64,000 nt of DNA from Octopus sinensis (taxonomy: Eukaryota). The translations under genes and the position numbers were made by a program. Shown here piece after piece: positions 38,984 to 52,500 of this stretch. The stretch spans positions 61,256,001-61,320,000 of the forward strand of contig NC_043007.1 of assembly GCF_006345805.1 (NCBI RefSeq), written 5' to 3'. The notes under the pieces are model-generated. The model saw only the letters and a program-made list of their open reading frames with translations. It was not told where the DNA came from and made no database searches. Positions within the stretch are counted from its first letter, which is position 1. Each line of letters opens with the position of its first letter.

Positions 38984-41900
38984 TTAGTGAGGGAAGAAAT
39001 GGAGCTGAACGAAGATTTTACAAAATTCCTTTTTATTATTTTCTACACATGTTTCAAAGGCTGCAAATTCCCTAATTCGGATTGAATAAGGAGACTATTT
39101 TGCAGCTTTCTCTTCAGGAAAATCCAGGAACTTAAATCTCCAAACAAATGCGCAGCAAGCTTTTCGAACAAACGCTCCCTAGGAGCCCATGGTATGAATG
39201 GCACAAAACTGTCTCTCAATATGCGTTGACGTCAGGGTGGGTGAAGGCCGACGAAAAAGTCCGTTGAGATAATTCGAGGTCAAATTCCAGTTAACATTGG
39301 GTAATATATATATATAGATATATATATGTATATATATCATCATCATCACATTCTTTGACCAGAGCTGGGAAGCTGCACTATGTTCCACTCTGATTTGGCT
39401 TGGTTTCTACTGCTGGATGCCCTTCCTATCGCCAACCATTTTACAGTGTGTTCTGGGTGCACTTGACATGCCACAAGTATGACCATTCCTATGTGGCACT
39501 AGCATGAGTGCTCACCATGTGGCACTGGCATGAGTTCTTGCAGGCTGATCATGTTCACCAGGAGGTGTGGCTTTAACACTTCTGTTGTGGAGGATGGGTC
39601 TTCTTGAGTACAGCAAGGTGCCAGGTATCTCGGTTCTTTGTTATCTCATCTGAAAGGTTCAGTTTTCTGAGATCATTGTTCAGTACCTCATCCCATATCT
39701 TCCTGGGTCTCTCTCTCTGTTTATATATATATATATATATATCACCGTGACCGACCAGGCTATCAGATGTTGCTACACATCGCTGGTCACAATGCACTTC
39801 ACATTGTTTTAGCCTTCAAATGACGCTACCCCGCTGGCTAAGCGAGCAGACCAACAGAAGAAAGACTGAGAGGAAGTTGTGGCGAAAAAGTACAGCAGGG
39901 ATCGCCACCACCACCTGCCTGAGCCTCGTGGAGCTTTAGGTGTTTTCGCTCAATAAACACTCACAACACCCGGTCTGGGAATCAAAATCGCGATCCTACA
40001 ACCACGAGTCCGCTGCCCTGACCACTGGGCCATTGCGCATCCACATATATATACTTTATTTAAAAGCAGCAGAAATATAACAAAAGCTGTTACTCGGAGT
40101 TTCACATTTCCGTTCGTCGGACAAAAGCTGTCCGCCGAACGGGAACGTGAAACTCTGAGTAACAGCTTTTGTTATATTTCTGCTGCTTTTAAATAAAGCA
40201 TATTACTCTACCTCTGGTATTTGAGTACTCTTTTTTCTACCTTCTTTCACATCTATGTGCTTACTTCGGTATATATATATATATTATATATATATATATA
40301 TATATGTGCCGGTGGCACATAAGAAAACCATCCGAACGGGACCGTAGCCAGTACCGCATCGACTGGCCTCCGTGCTGTGGGCACGTAACAAACACCGTCT
40401 GAGCGTGGCTGTCTGCCAGCCTCGTCTGGCACCTGTGTCGGTGGCACATAAAAACACCATCCGAGCGTGGCCGTCTGCCAGCCTCGTCTGGCACCTGTGT
40501 CGGTGGCACATAAAAACACCATCCGAGCGTGGCCGTTCGCCAGCCACGTCTGGCACCTGTGTCGGTGGCACATAAAATCACCCACTACACTCTCGGAGTG
40601 GTTGGCGTTAGGAAGGGCATCCAGCTGTAGAAACACTGCCAGATCTGACTGGCCTGGTGCAGCCTTCGGGCTCCCCAGACCCCAGTTGAACCGTCCAACC
40701 CATGCTAGCATGGAAAGCAGACGTTAAACGATGATGATGATGATGATGATATATATATATATATATATTATATATGCTTTTGGTATTTAGTTATGGCTCT
40801 TTCTGTTGTGTGTTTAAATTCTACCAAGGTTAATTTTTTCCTTTTATCTTTTTGTGGGTTAATAAAATAAAGTACCAGACAAATACTGGAGCATTATAAT
40901 CAAATGTAGCCCTTTCTTCAATTGTGAGGCTTTATGCTTATGTAAGAAATCAATATTCTCTGATTGTAGGAACCACAAAGTGCTCCGAGAAACTGCCCTA
41001 CACTGTACCAGGTTCATCAGTTTAGCAAAAGTCTCCAACAAACAGAAACTGAAGGTAAAATATTGAGATTTTGAATTTTATGATAATTATATATTTTTAT
41101 GTAGAAGTACAAGAACCATAGATGGCTGCTGCTACATGCAAACATGAAAAAATTGACATTTAAAGAGATGAGTTACTGTGGGCGGTTGGCCTGTTAGAAA
41201 TAGCAGCTAAAGCTGCTTTGAATCCTGCTACACTATCTTGGTCAAGGATGGGAATATTTGATAATGACTGTGACGCTGTCTGGTGAATGGTTATGACTGG
41301 AATGTCTTTAATCCCAGGTCTCTGCAGAATCAGAGCTGACATGGTGCTACACAACAGTATGACAATTGACATTTAAATGATAATGATGGAAGCAGAGCTG
41401 CAAATTCTACTTGATTCTAAGAATAGACGGTGTGGAGAGAACCACATATATACACAGACATCTTAAAAGTAAATAGACATCCATTTCATATATATATATA
41501 TATATATATATAAATATAATATAAGATCATGGGATCAAGGTGTAGGAAGAAAGTTACCTTCAAGTAATCCGTAGTAAATATAAAAGAACAACTTTGAGGG
41601 ACAATACTGGTTTATTGAGATAGAAGGTTGTGGATTTTTACATATTAAAGAACAATAAGCTGAAAAAACATTCTTTTTATATTCCACAGTAGGTGACCAG
41701 GGTTGCTCTCCTCAGGCCAAGGACATCTTGATTAAATTAAAGGTTACATTGTCACAAGGATGTACATGTTGACACATGGAAAATTCACTCAGAATGTATA
41801 TGTGCTTTCTACACATTCTGATTGAATCTTCCATGTGTCAACACGAACATCCTTGTGACACTGTAACCTTTAATTTAATCAAGATGTCCTTGGCCTGAAG

Positions 41901-42505
41901 AGTAGCTGGTGGTATACACCTCGCTTGGATTTTTACTACTTCTGAGGTTCCGCCTGCTATGGAACATATGTAGCTTGGATCTTATGTACTCTATTCTATG
42001 ACCCTTGTATAAATATATGTATACAGTAGTCCCCTGGTATTTATGGGGCTTACGTTCCTAGAACACCTGCGAATATTGGATGTGGTCTATAAAAATGCCT
42101 CTAATATCAAAATATAATGTAAAATATTATATATATACTTTTACTCGTTTCAGTCATTTTGACTGCGGCCATGCTGGAGCACCACCTTTAGTTGAGCAAA
42201 TTAGCCCCAAGACTTATTCTTTGTAAGCTTAGTACTTATTCTATTGGTCTCTTATGCCGGACTGCTAAGTTATGGGGTCGTAAACACACCATCATCGATG
42301 TGTATAAACATATACACACGTATATACATATATATATATATACGACGGGCTTCTTTCAGTTTCTGTCTACCGAATCCACTCACAAGGCTTTGGTTGGGCA
42401 GAAGCTATAGTAGAAGACACTTGCCCAAGGTGCCATACAGTGGGACTGAGCCTGGAACCATGTGGTTGGTTAGCAAGCTACTTACCACACAGCCACTCAT
42501 GCACC

Positions 42506-42536
<31 letters not shown>

Positions 42537-43541
42537 TATATATATATAAATATAAATATAAGATCATGGGATCAAGGTGTAGGAAGAAAGTTACCTTCAA
42601 GTAATCCGTAGTAAATATAAAAGAAACAACTTTGAGGGACAATACTGGTTTATTGAGATAGAAGGTTGTGGATTTTTACATATTAAAGAACAATAAGCTG
42701 AAAAAACATTCTTTTTATATTCCACAGTAGGTGACCAGGGTTGCTCTCCTCAGGCCAAGGACATCTTGATTAAATTAAAGGTTACATTGTCACAAGGATG
42801 TACATGTTGACACATGGAAAATTCACTCAGAATGTATATGTGCTTTCTACACATTCTGATTGAATCTTCCATGTGTCAACACGAACATCCTTGTGACACT
42901 AACCTTTAATTTAATCAAGATGTCCTTGGCCTGAAGAGTAGCTGGTGGTATACACCTCGCTTGGATTTTTACTACTTCTGAGGTTCCGCCTGCTATGGAA
43001 CATATGTAGCTTGGATCTTATGTACTCTATTCTATGACCCTTGTATAAATATATGTATACAGTAGTCCCCTGGTATTTATGGGGCTTACGTTCCTAGAAC
43101 ACCTGCGAATATTGGATGTGGTCTATAAAAATGCCTCTAATATCAAAATATAATGTAAAATATTATATATATACTTTTACTCGTTTCAGTCATTTTGACT
43201 GCGGCCATGCTGGAGCACCACCTTTAGTTGAGCAAATTAGCCCCAAGACTTATTCTTTGTAAGCTTAGTACTTATTCTATTGGTCTCTTATGCCGGACTG
43301 CTAAGTTATGGGGTCGTAAACACACCATCATCGATGTGTATAAACATATACACACGTATATACATATATATATATATACGACGGGCTTCTTTCAGTTTCT
43401 GTCTACCGAATCCACTCACAAGGCTTTGGTTGGGCAGAAGCTATAGTAGAAGACACTTGCCCAAGGTGCCATACAGTGGGACTGAGCCTGGAACCATGTG
43501 GTTGGTTAGCAAGCTACTTACCACACAGCCACTCATGCACC

Positions 43542-43575
<34 letters not shown>

Positions 43576-46500
43576 AATGTTTAATAATAATTTAATAAAA
43601 AATAAAGTAAAATGTATGGTTACTCACCAATAATGAATGATATTGATTTAAGATGATGATGAAAATAATGACGGTAGTGCCTGCACAGCAAAGATTTAAA
43701 GCTCTTCAGGTAAAGCATCTTCTTCAAGTGTTTTAGGAGATGTATTTTCCTGAGTGGCTATCTTGGTGAGCTTGAAGTACATTGTGATGGGAAGTTGCTG
43801 TCACTGTTTCTTCATGGTGGTGAGGAGAGTTTTATGTCTGCGTGGCAGTATTGATACCATTTTTAAATTGGAGAGACCAAACCATATAGGGATCCCATGC
43901 TTTCGTCTTCCCTTGCCGTTCCTTTGCTATCCTTAAAAGGTTGGACAATGTTCAATTGTCATGCCCACCTCATCCTCCTCTTTCTCTGGATCTGGTGCTT
44001 CCTCCTCCTCTTCACTGGCAGACTTAGTTAACTCCAACAAATCTTCATCTATCAGGGTTTCAGAGTGGGCATCGATGAGATTGTTGATCTCATTTTGTGT
44101 GATGTCGTCAAAACCATCGCCTCCAAGTTCTTTTGCCAGTTTCACCGTATTGTTGACAGCCTCGTGCTGAATATCTTTAGGTGAGAAGCTCTCATAGTCC
44201 TGGACACACTCTAGCCACATCTTTTAGCATGCGATGAGGGTTTCATTTTTCATGTCTTTAAGAGCAGTGTCGATGACTGACAGGCATGTTGCAATTGTGA
44301 AGTTATGCCAGTACTCCTTTAACTTGAAATTCTTATCTGAATCCATTGCATCCGCAAAGTGTAGAAAAGAGTTCCAAGTGTAAAGTGTCTTGAAAGCACA
44401 GATCACGCCTTGATCCATAGACTGGATGAGGGAGTTGGTGTTAGCAGGGAGGAACTTGACTTGGACTCCCTCGTGATTCAAATTCAAAGAGTGACCACCA
44501 GCATTATCCATGACGAGCAACACCTTGAATTCTATGCATACGTTTTGGAGGTATTCCTTGGCTTGAGGGATGAAGCAGTGGATAGGCAGCAAGTTTTTAT
44601 TCTTATTTTTGAAAGCCCTCAAGTTTGTGGATTGTAGATAAATCCTGGTTTCATCATGAAGCCAACAGCATTGCCACACATAATTAGTGTCACTCTGTCC
44701 TTCTGTGCCTTAAATCCTGGAGCTCTGGCTTCATCTTTTCACTCACAACCAAGCCTGTGCCTGTATGATATTTATATATGTGTGAGTGTCTCTCTATATA
44801 TATCTAGGCATCTAATTACTTTTGAGGTGTCTGTGTATATATATATACATATATGTATATACACAGACTGGCTCCTGTGCAGGTGGCACATGAAAAGCAC
44901 CATTTGGGCGTGGCTGTTGCCAGTACCACCAAACTGGCCCTAGAGCTGGTGGCACGTAAAAACACCCACTACTCTCTTGGAGTGGTTGGCGTTAGGAAGG
45001 GCATCCAGCTGTAGAAACTCTGCCAGATCAGATTGGAGTCTGGTTCGCCAGACCTCAGTCAAATCGTCCAACCCATGCTAGCATGGAAAGCGGACGTTAA
45101 ATGATGATGATGATGATATATGTATATGTACACCCTATTTCTGTTGATGTATGAGAGTCCTGCTGCTAAGACTTATTGATGTTGAAAGGCACCACTACAT
45201 ATCTGTCACCTTCACGTAGTGGTATGTGATAATGCAAATACTAATAATAAATATTGCCAATAGAAACCATAAACTCATCACATACACAGGTAATATTTGC
45301 AAGACAAATGTCAGTAGATGACCAATACAATCAGAGGCCTTTTGGATATCACTGGAGAGGGTAGCAGCTGTCAGTGACACATGAGGAACAGGTGTTAGGT
45401 GAGACAGAGACTTCCATGGCAGTTTGGTACCATCATCATCATTATCATTTAACGTCTGTGTTCCATGCTAGCATGGGTGGGATGGTACCACAAAAGCCGG
45501 GCAGGCTGAAGCCTGCACCAGACTTCTGTGACTGTTTTGGCCTTTCCTAACACCAGCCTCTCAGCAGAGTGGACTTAGTGTTTTTATGTGGCACAAGCAC
45601 AGGCAAAGGGTATAGATAAAAGAGGAAACTAATTTCTTTGATGAGATATTGGTTTCAAATTTTTACACAAAACCAGCAAGTTCAGGGGAGAGGATAAGTC
45701 GATTATACTGACCCCAGTGCTTCACTGGTACTTATTTCATTTGAAAGGATGAAAGGCAAAGTCAACTATGCTGAAATTTGAACTCTGAACATAAACACAG
45801 ATGAAATGCTGCTAAGCATTTTGCCCAGTGTGCTAATGATTCTGCCAGTTCATCGCCTTCTTTGATGAGATATTAACTCCAATACAAAAGTCCTTTAGAT
45901 AAAACCAAACTGTTTTCTGTCTCCTCTTTTAACTTTTTCTAATGAATTGTAGAGCACCTGTGTACTGTATACAATAAGTTCATTATTATGTTACTTAAAG
46001 GTTTAGATGTCAAATACAGCTAAGACAAAAGTAAGAATGGGGCATCTGGAGACAACCAGAGATGGTAATGATCAAAATGTTATATAAAATTCAAAATTAT
46101 AAAAGATGAAATTAATAGCCTGGAAAATTTAAATGATTATCATCTTAAACAATTTGAAATATTTAAATATAATTTTTTCCAGTTCCTTTATGCTTTTCAC
46201 ATTGAGCCTCTTGTAAATATGGACAACACAGAATTAACAAAACAACCTGAAGATGCCACTGAATGTCCTTACCAGTTGTCTCAGTTAGAGGACAGCAATG
46301 TAAAAGATGTAAGTGGTTAATGTTTTACTTTCAGATCTAACTGCTGTTGTTTATTTTGTAATTTTGTTGGGAGAGAAAGAGTGAGAGAGAGAGAGAGTTA
46401 CAATTACTATCATTCAGATATAAAAAACAATTGTTTCAATTTCATGAACATATCCAAATTAGCAAAGACTTTACCAACTGTGATAAATGGATAAAATAGT

Positions 46501-49500
46501 TAAATAGCATTAAAGAAAAAAAGCCAAATTCTGTGAACAATGTAAATGTTTCAAAAAGTTTTTGTGTTATGCAGGTGAGCAGTTAGGCAAAAATTTATAC
46601 AGTAATGTCATAGATGAAAACGAAGATAAAAGATATTATATTACCTTACATAAGTTGTTAAATGATCCTGTAATATTTCAGAGATTTTCCTTTTAAAACA
46701 GAAGAAAGAAAATAACAAGTTCAGAGAAATGTTTTGTTACCAGTAGGCCATTTTACTTCTGTACTTTGTAGATCTTTTTAACAGTAGAATATAAGTATTG
46801 ATATAGTGTAACATAGCAGAAGGTTAGCATAAGTTTAATTTCCTATAATATCTGGACACTTTTATAGTTTAACATAATATATAATCATTGATATTGTAGT
46901 ATATAGACACAGTTGTAAGTCAACAAGTGTATATTTGCAGTACTTCAACTTATTATTTTATATAGACACTAATATAAGTGTCATTTAACTACTTAAGAAT
47001 GATTATTTCACTGCTGTAAATAGCATGAGTACAATGTACTTGGTTGGTTAGTTTAAATACTGAGTTTGAATGTTCCTGTATGTTTGAAAAATTCAAATCA
47101 ACTCCATTGCATTGCTATACAAAAAGGAAATTTTCAATGGAATTTCAGTGGCCAAGTGGTTTACAGAGGCTATAATACAGTTGGTTAGTCTAGTTCTATA
47201 GCAAGTAGATATCAGTGCCTGATACTGTTTTTTCTTTTCTAGGAAGGTCAACAATTCTTTTTTGATATGAAGGCTCCATTAGCAAAAGGACAGAAAAGAT
47301 CTAAGGATGATGAAGACAAACAGAAGAAAAAGCACAAACCAGGTATATATCTTCATCATGATTATCATTCTTTAATACTGTCTTCTGTGCTGGCATTAGT
47401 TAAATGGTTTGACAGTATCTGATGAACCAGGAGATTGCTTCAAGCTCCAATGTTTGCTTTAGTTTGGTATCTCTGGCTGGATGTCCTTCTTAATACCAAC
47501 TACTTCACAGAGTGCACTGATGCTTTCTTGTTGAACTGGCACTAGTGAAGTCACCAAGTAACTTGTATAACAAATCCCTTCAATTGAGTGGTGTTATAGT
47601 GGAGAGAGAGGTGGCTTTATGTCAGATGTTGAGAAATTTAAAGCATATTTGAGTAACAGAAACAGGTGTCTTGCTATAGAAATTGATTGATTGTTTACAC
47701 TGCCATTACATTTACATATATTTTTTTCTTTTTGCCCTTTTCATAAACTTAGTATAATAGCATATATATGTAACTGTGTATAATATATATGTAACTGTGT
47801 ATAATAATTATCAAGTTGTCGTCATGATGGATTGGCAAAATGATTAGAACATCAGACAAAATGCTTTGTGGTGTTTACTTATGGCCATTTATGCTCTGAG
47901 TTCAAATCTTACTGAGGCCAAATTTGCCTTTCATCTTTGCAGAATTCATAAAATAATGTACCAGTCAAGTACTTGAGTTGATTTAATATTTCTATAAAGC
48001 ATCCAAGCTGTGAATGGAATTATAAAAAAGTAAAAGAAATTTAAGATACAAGTATTCAACATACCCTTTTCTTTATTCAAACTTTGTCACTGTCCTTACC
48101 TACATAACTATTACCTTATATATATGTTCATGCTGAGCCAATGAAGGTCCTGTTTTTAGTCTCCCATCTTGTTAGAAGCTGGACTACCTTAAATCATAGG
48201 ACTGTTCGATCAAGGTTGACCTGGCTTAAATGCCAACATAAAATAACTAAGGACAAAATAATTATTTTACATTGAATTTCTTTGCAAACTCTTAACATTT
48301 GACTAGACACTATATTCCTTCCTTTTGCAATACAACTGTACTGATTATGGATTTGAGCTTCTATTCAGATTTAATTTCTTGTCTGTTCTGTTCATACTAT
48401 TGAACAAGCCAATGAGAGAGCCTTTATTTGGTTGCTGAACCTGATAGAAATGACAGTCAAATCTCTCTCATACCCTGCTGTTTTTGAAATAGAAGAACAC
48501 ATTACACAGTATAGTCCTAATTACATAAAAAGATTGAAGGACCGCTGTTAGTATGCCTTTGATTGCTGTCCTACTGAACAAATATATGGCATGGAATTAT
48601 TGTTGCACCATGCTTCAATACTTTCACTTGACTCATAGTATAGAAGTAACAGCATTGATGAAGTTTAATCAAACAAACAACACTAATGTTTCATATTTGT
48701 TATTGTAGCACAACCATCTGGCCCTTGTTGGTTCTGTTTACGTGGAGAAAAAGTGGAGAAACAATTGGTTGTTAGTGTTGGAGAGACAGTGAGTGTATTT
48801 CTATTTCTGCTTATAGATATTTGCATTACACCACACATACACAATTGCATGCACACATGCTATATATATATATATATAATACAAATAAGAAAATGGAGAT
48901 ACAAATTTAGTTTCTTCATCAACTTACGGATATTAGAATGTTGGATTATTTATTCATTTAGCAAAATGAGAACCTCAATAGCATACATATATATCTTATA
49001 AGTCAATACATATAAGTAAAGAATACAAATTATCTTATATGTATTGAATTATAAGATATATATGTATGCTATTGAGGTTCTCATTTTGCTAAATGAATAA
49101 ATAATCCAACATTCTAATATCCGTAAGTTGATGAGCAAACTAAATTTGTTTCTCCATTTTCTTATTTGTATTATAAATTTACAGTAAAAATATTTCTTTA
49201 CCTTCACCCGTTTAATACAATAAATGAGTTAATTGCATTGCAATTAAAAACATTCATGTATTAAGAATCTGGGTACTTTACCAACAGAATATTGGATAAA
49301 TACTATCCCATAGTGGGTTATACCCATAACCCCTATCTTACTTTGTATTATATATATATGACCAACTTCTTACAGTTTCCATCTACCAAAATCACTCATA
49401 AAGCTTTAATCAACCTGAAATCATGTGGTTCCAAAGCAAACTTCTTAACCATGCAATCATGCCATATAACTAATCAGAATGTACTAATTGTAGAATTCTC

Positions 49501-52500
49501 AGTGAATTGTTGGACAAAATACTCTCAATATTTGTTTCGACTCTCTGTGCTTTATGTTCAAAATCCTGCTGAGGTCAACTTAGCTTTTTATCCTTTTGTG
49601 GTCGATAAAAATATGCCAATCCAGGGTAGCAAATTGACAGAATTTGTTAGAGCGTCAGATGGAACACCTTATAGTATCTGTTCTGGCTCTGTACATTCTG
49701 AGTTCAAATCCTGCCCAATCCCTGGAAATAGGTATTTCTTTTAGGAGTTGCAGCTTTGTAGCTAACAGATAAAATCTGCTAGTTTGAAAATCCAATAGAA
49801 AGCTTAGTTTCCTTGGTTCAGTTGGAAGATTCACTATCAGTGCTACCACTGCTACTGCAGCCGTCACTGCCATCAGCAGCAGTAGCACCACCACCACCAC
49901 CACCACCACCACCAGGCTGGTGATCAGGCTGCTTATGTCCTTGAGAAATTATTGCTAGAGTATGTTATAGCATTGTGAAATGGTACCAACAGTACAAAAA
50001 CTGTTGCTTTCTAAATATTTGAGGTTTTAAGTCTTTCTCGCAGAAGTTAGTCAGGGAGATTTATAATAGCAGATTTATGGGAGAATCAACAGCTTCTATA
50101 GCAGAACCCTGAGAACCATTGAGAACATCAGATGAAACTATCATGTTTTCAACAAAAACTTGTGTGCAATCACGCATCAGCTCACAGCCTTTCACCTCAT
50201 AGCTATCTGTTGCATGTGCTGGTACAGACATATCCTCTATCTCCTGCTGGATCGTCCTACCAGGGTTTCACTCTTATTTGATTCAAGAGCTGTGGACTGG
50301 AAGAGGCCTGGTGGCAGGCCCATCATCAGATGGCTGGATGTGATTGGGGAAGATTTCCAGAGGCTCAATGCCACCTTGGAGGATGCAAAGGAGCTGGCAC
50401 AGGACTGCCAGCGGTGGAGAGTGCCAGTGGATGTGGTCACTTCTACACATGAGGACATCTCTGGAACCACTAGCATGGGTTGATCCCAGCCTCATCAAGT
50501 GAAGATTTATGGGGAGTTTACAATTGTTTATGATTTACGGAGTTTTCTAGGACATAAGCAGCTCAATCTAATTTCAAAAGAATGCTGACCTCATCTGTTG
50601 TGTTTTTATGTTTTACACTGTTTTAATCATGTCTAATTGTGATTGTCCTTGGTGCCCTTTTACCCTACACACACACACATACACACATGTACATTAGTGC
50701 ATACATATAAACAGCTCACACAGACATGCACACTTAGATATATTTATTTTCTCTATAGATTGGTTCTGAGCTCAGAATCTTATATCAGTGTGTCAGTGTT
50801 CTTTCTCACTTTACCACTGTGCTGGTGTATTTTCTATTTTGACTGTTGCATTTTATTTACAATTTAGCTATGTCTGTATTTCATTTCTTTGAATCAAAAT
50901 TTTGAAATGTTTTCACTGTCAATATTATTTTATTGTCTTTGCTGTTTTTTATGATCTAACAAATGTTGTTTTTCCAGACATACATGGCTTTAGCAAAAGG
51001 AGCCATGGTTCCAGATCATGTTCTTATCCTCCCAATTGGTCATTACCAGTCTACTGTGGTGGCTCCAAGTGAAGTTGTGGAAGAAATTGAGAAATATCCT
51101 TTTACCGTTTTATTTACTCACAGCAAGCATCATATTTTCTGGTATACAAGTCAATGTATATATGTGATTCCATGTGATATGGTTTGTGTGTGAAATACTG
51201 GAGAGCCCTTATTTTTCCAAATCCTGCTGCACTTTTCATGGAATTTTTAGTTCTGCAAAGTTGTCTTGGTGTATAAGTTCATCTACCTTTTTTAACTGTA
51301 AATTTTGGTCTGAAAGATTCGTCTTGCATGCTTGAAAGTATAGTATCAGACATTGACTATGTTTATAAATAGCTTAAACAAATTACATCACACATTTAAA
51401 AGATAATTCAATCTCTTTTTACCTCAATATACACTCTCTCTCTCTCACACACACACATGATATATTTATATCTATTTAGCCTTAACAATGCGCCAAATAT
51501 AAGTCCAATTTAAGAAAATATTTCAAATGTGTGGGGAAAGTTGTAGTTTTCTTTGAACGAAATTACAAGACATCACATCTTCAGATACAGGTAAGAAAAG
51601 TTTATATTTCTATACCTCTGTTTGTCTGTTGTTTATCTCTCTCTCTGACTAGGTGCAGGCATGGCTGTGTGGTTGAAAAGTTTGTTTTTCAACCACATGG
51701 TTTTGGGTTTGATCTGAGATGCATAGGTTAGTGGTTAGGGTATTTGGCTCATGATCATAAGATCATGAGTTCAAAAACAGGCGACATGTTGTGTTCTTGA
51801 GTGAGTCATTTTATTTCACATTGCTCCAGTCCACTCATCTAGCCAAAATGAATAGCCTTGTCACATTCTGAGTCATACTGAATCACCCTGAGAACTGTTA
51901 AAGGTATATGTGTCTGAAGAGTGCTCAGCCACTGCACATTAAATTTCATGAGCAGGTTGGTCTGTTGACGGGATCAACTGGAACCTCCATTGTCGTAACC
52001 AACTGAGTGCCAGTTCTCACTGCTTGGCACCTTGGGTAAGTGTCTTGTATCAGAGTGCTGGCAAAACATGGTCTTGTGAATGAATTTGGTAGACGGAAAC
52101 TGATAGAAGTCTGTCATATGTGTGTGTGTGTGTGTGTGTGTGTGTTAGTGTCTCCTTGTTGTGACTCCATGTGATAGTTGTAAAGGAATGTCACCATCAT
52201 ATAAGCAGTGTTCTTTGTTTCCAATCTTCTGTGAAAACATGTCTGGTCTTGGGAAATATTATCTTACTTGAAAACAAGTGAAGGTTGGTGACAGGAAGGG
52301 CATCCAGCTATAGAGAATCTGCCTCAACAAATTCCACTTGACCCATGTTAACATGGAAATGTGGTCATTAAAAAGTAATATTGTTTGTGTCTCCATGTTG
52401 TGACTCTATGTGATATGGTTTGTGTGAGAAATATTGGAGAGCCCCTCTGGGCTGATTGAAAAGGGTTCTGGTCTCTCAACTGAAAGATCAACAGTTGATA

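Noticed and set aside
48881-49175. TTGATGAG/TTGATGAAG...AAAC inside the 142-bp hairpin as a hammerhead
   Set aside because: No stem II between the TGATGA and the GAAA-like segment; kept only as an inverted repeat.
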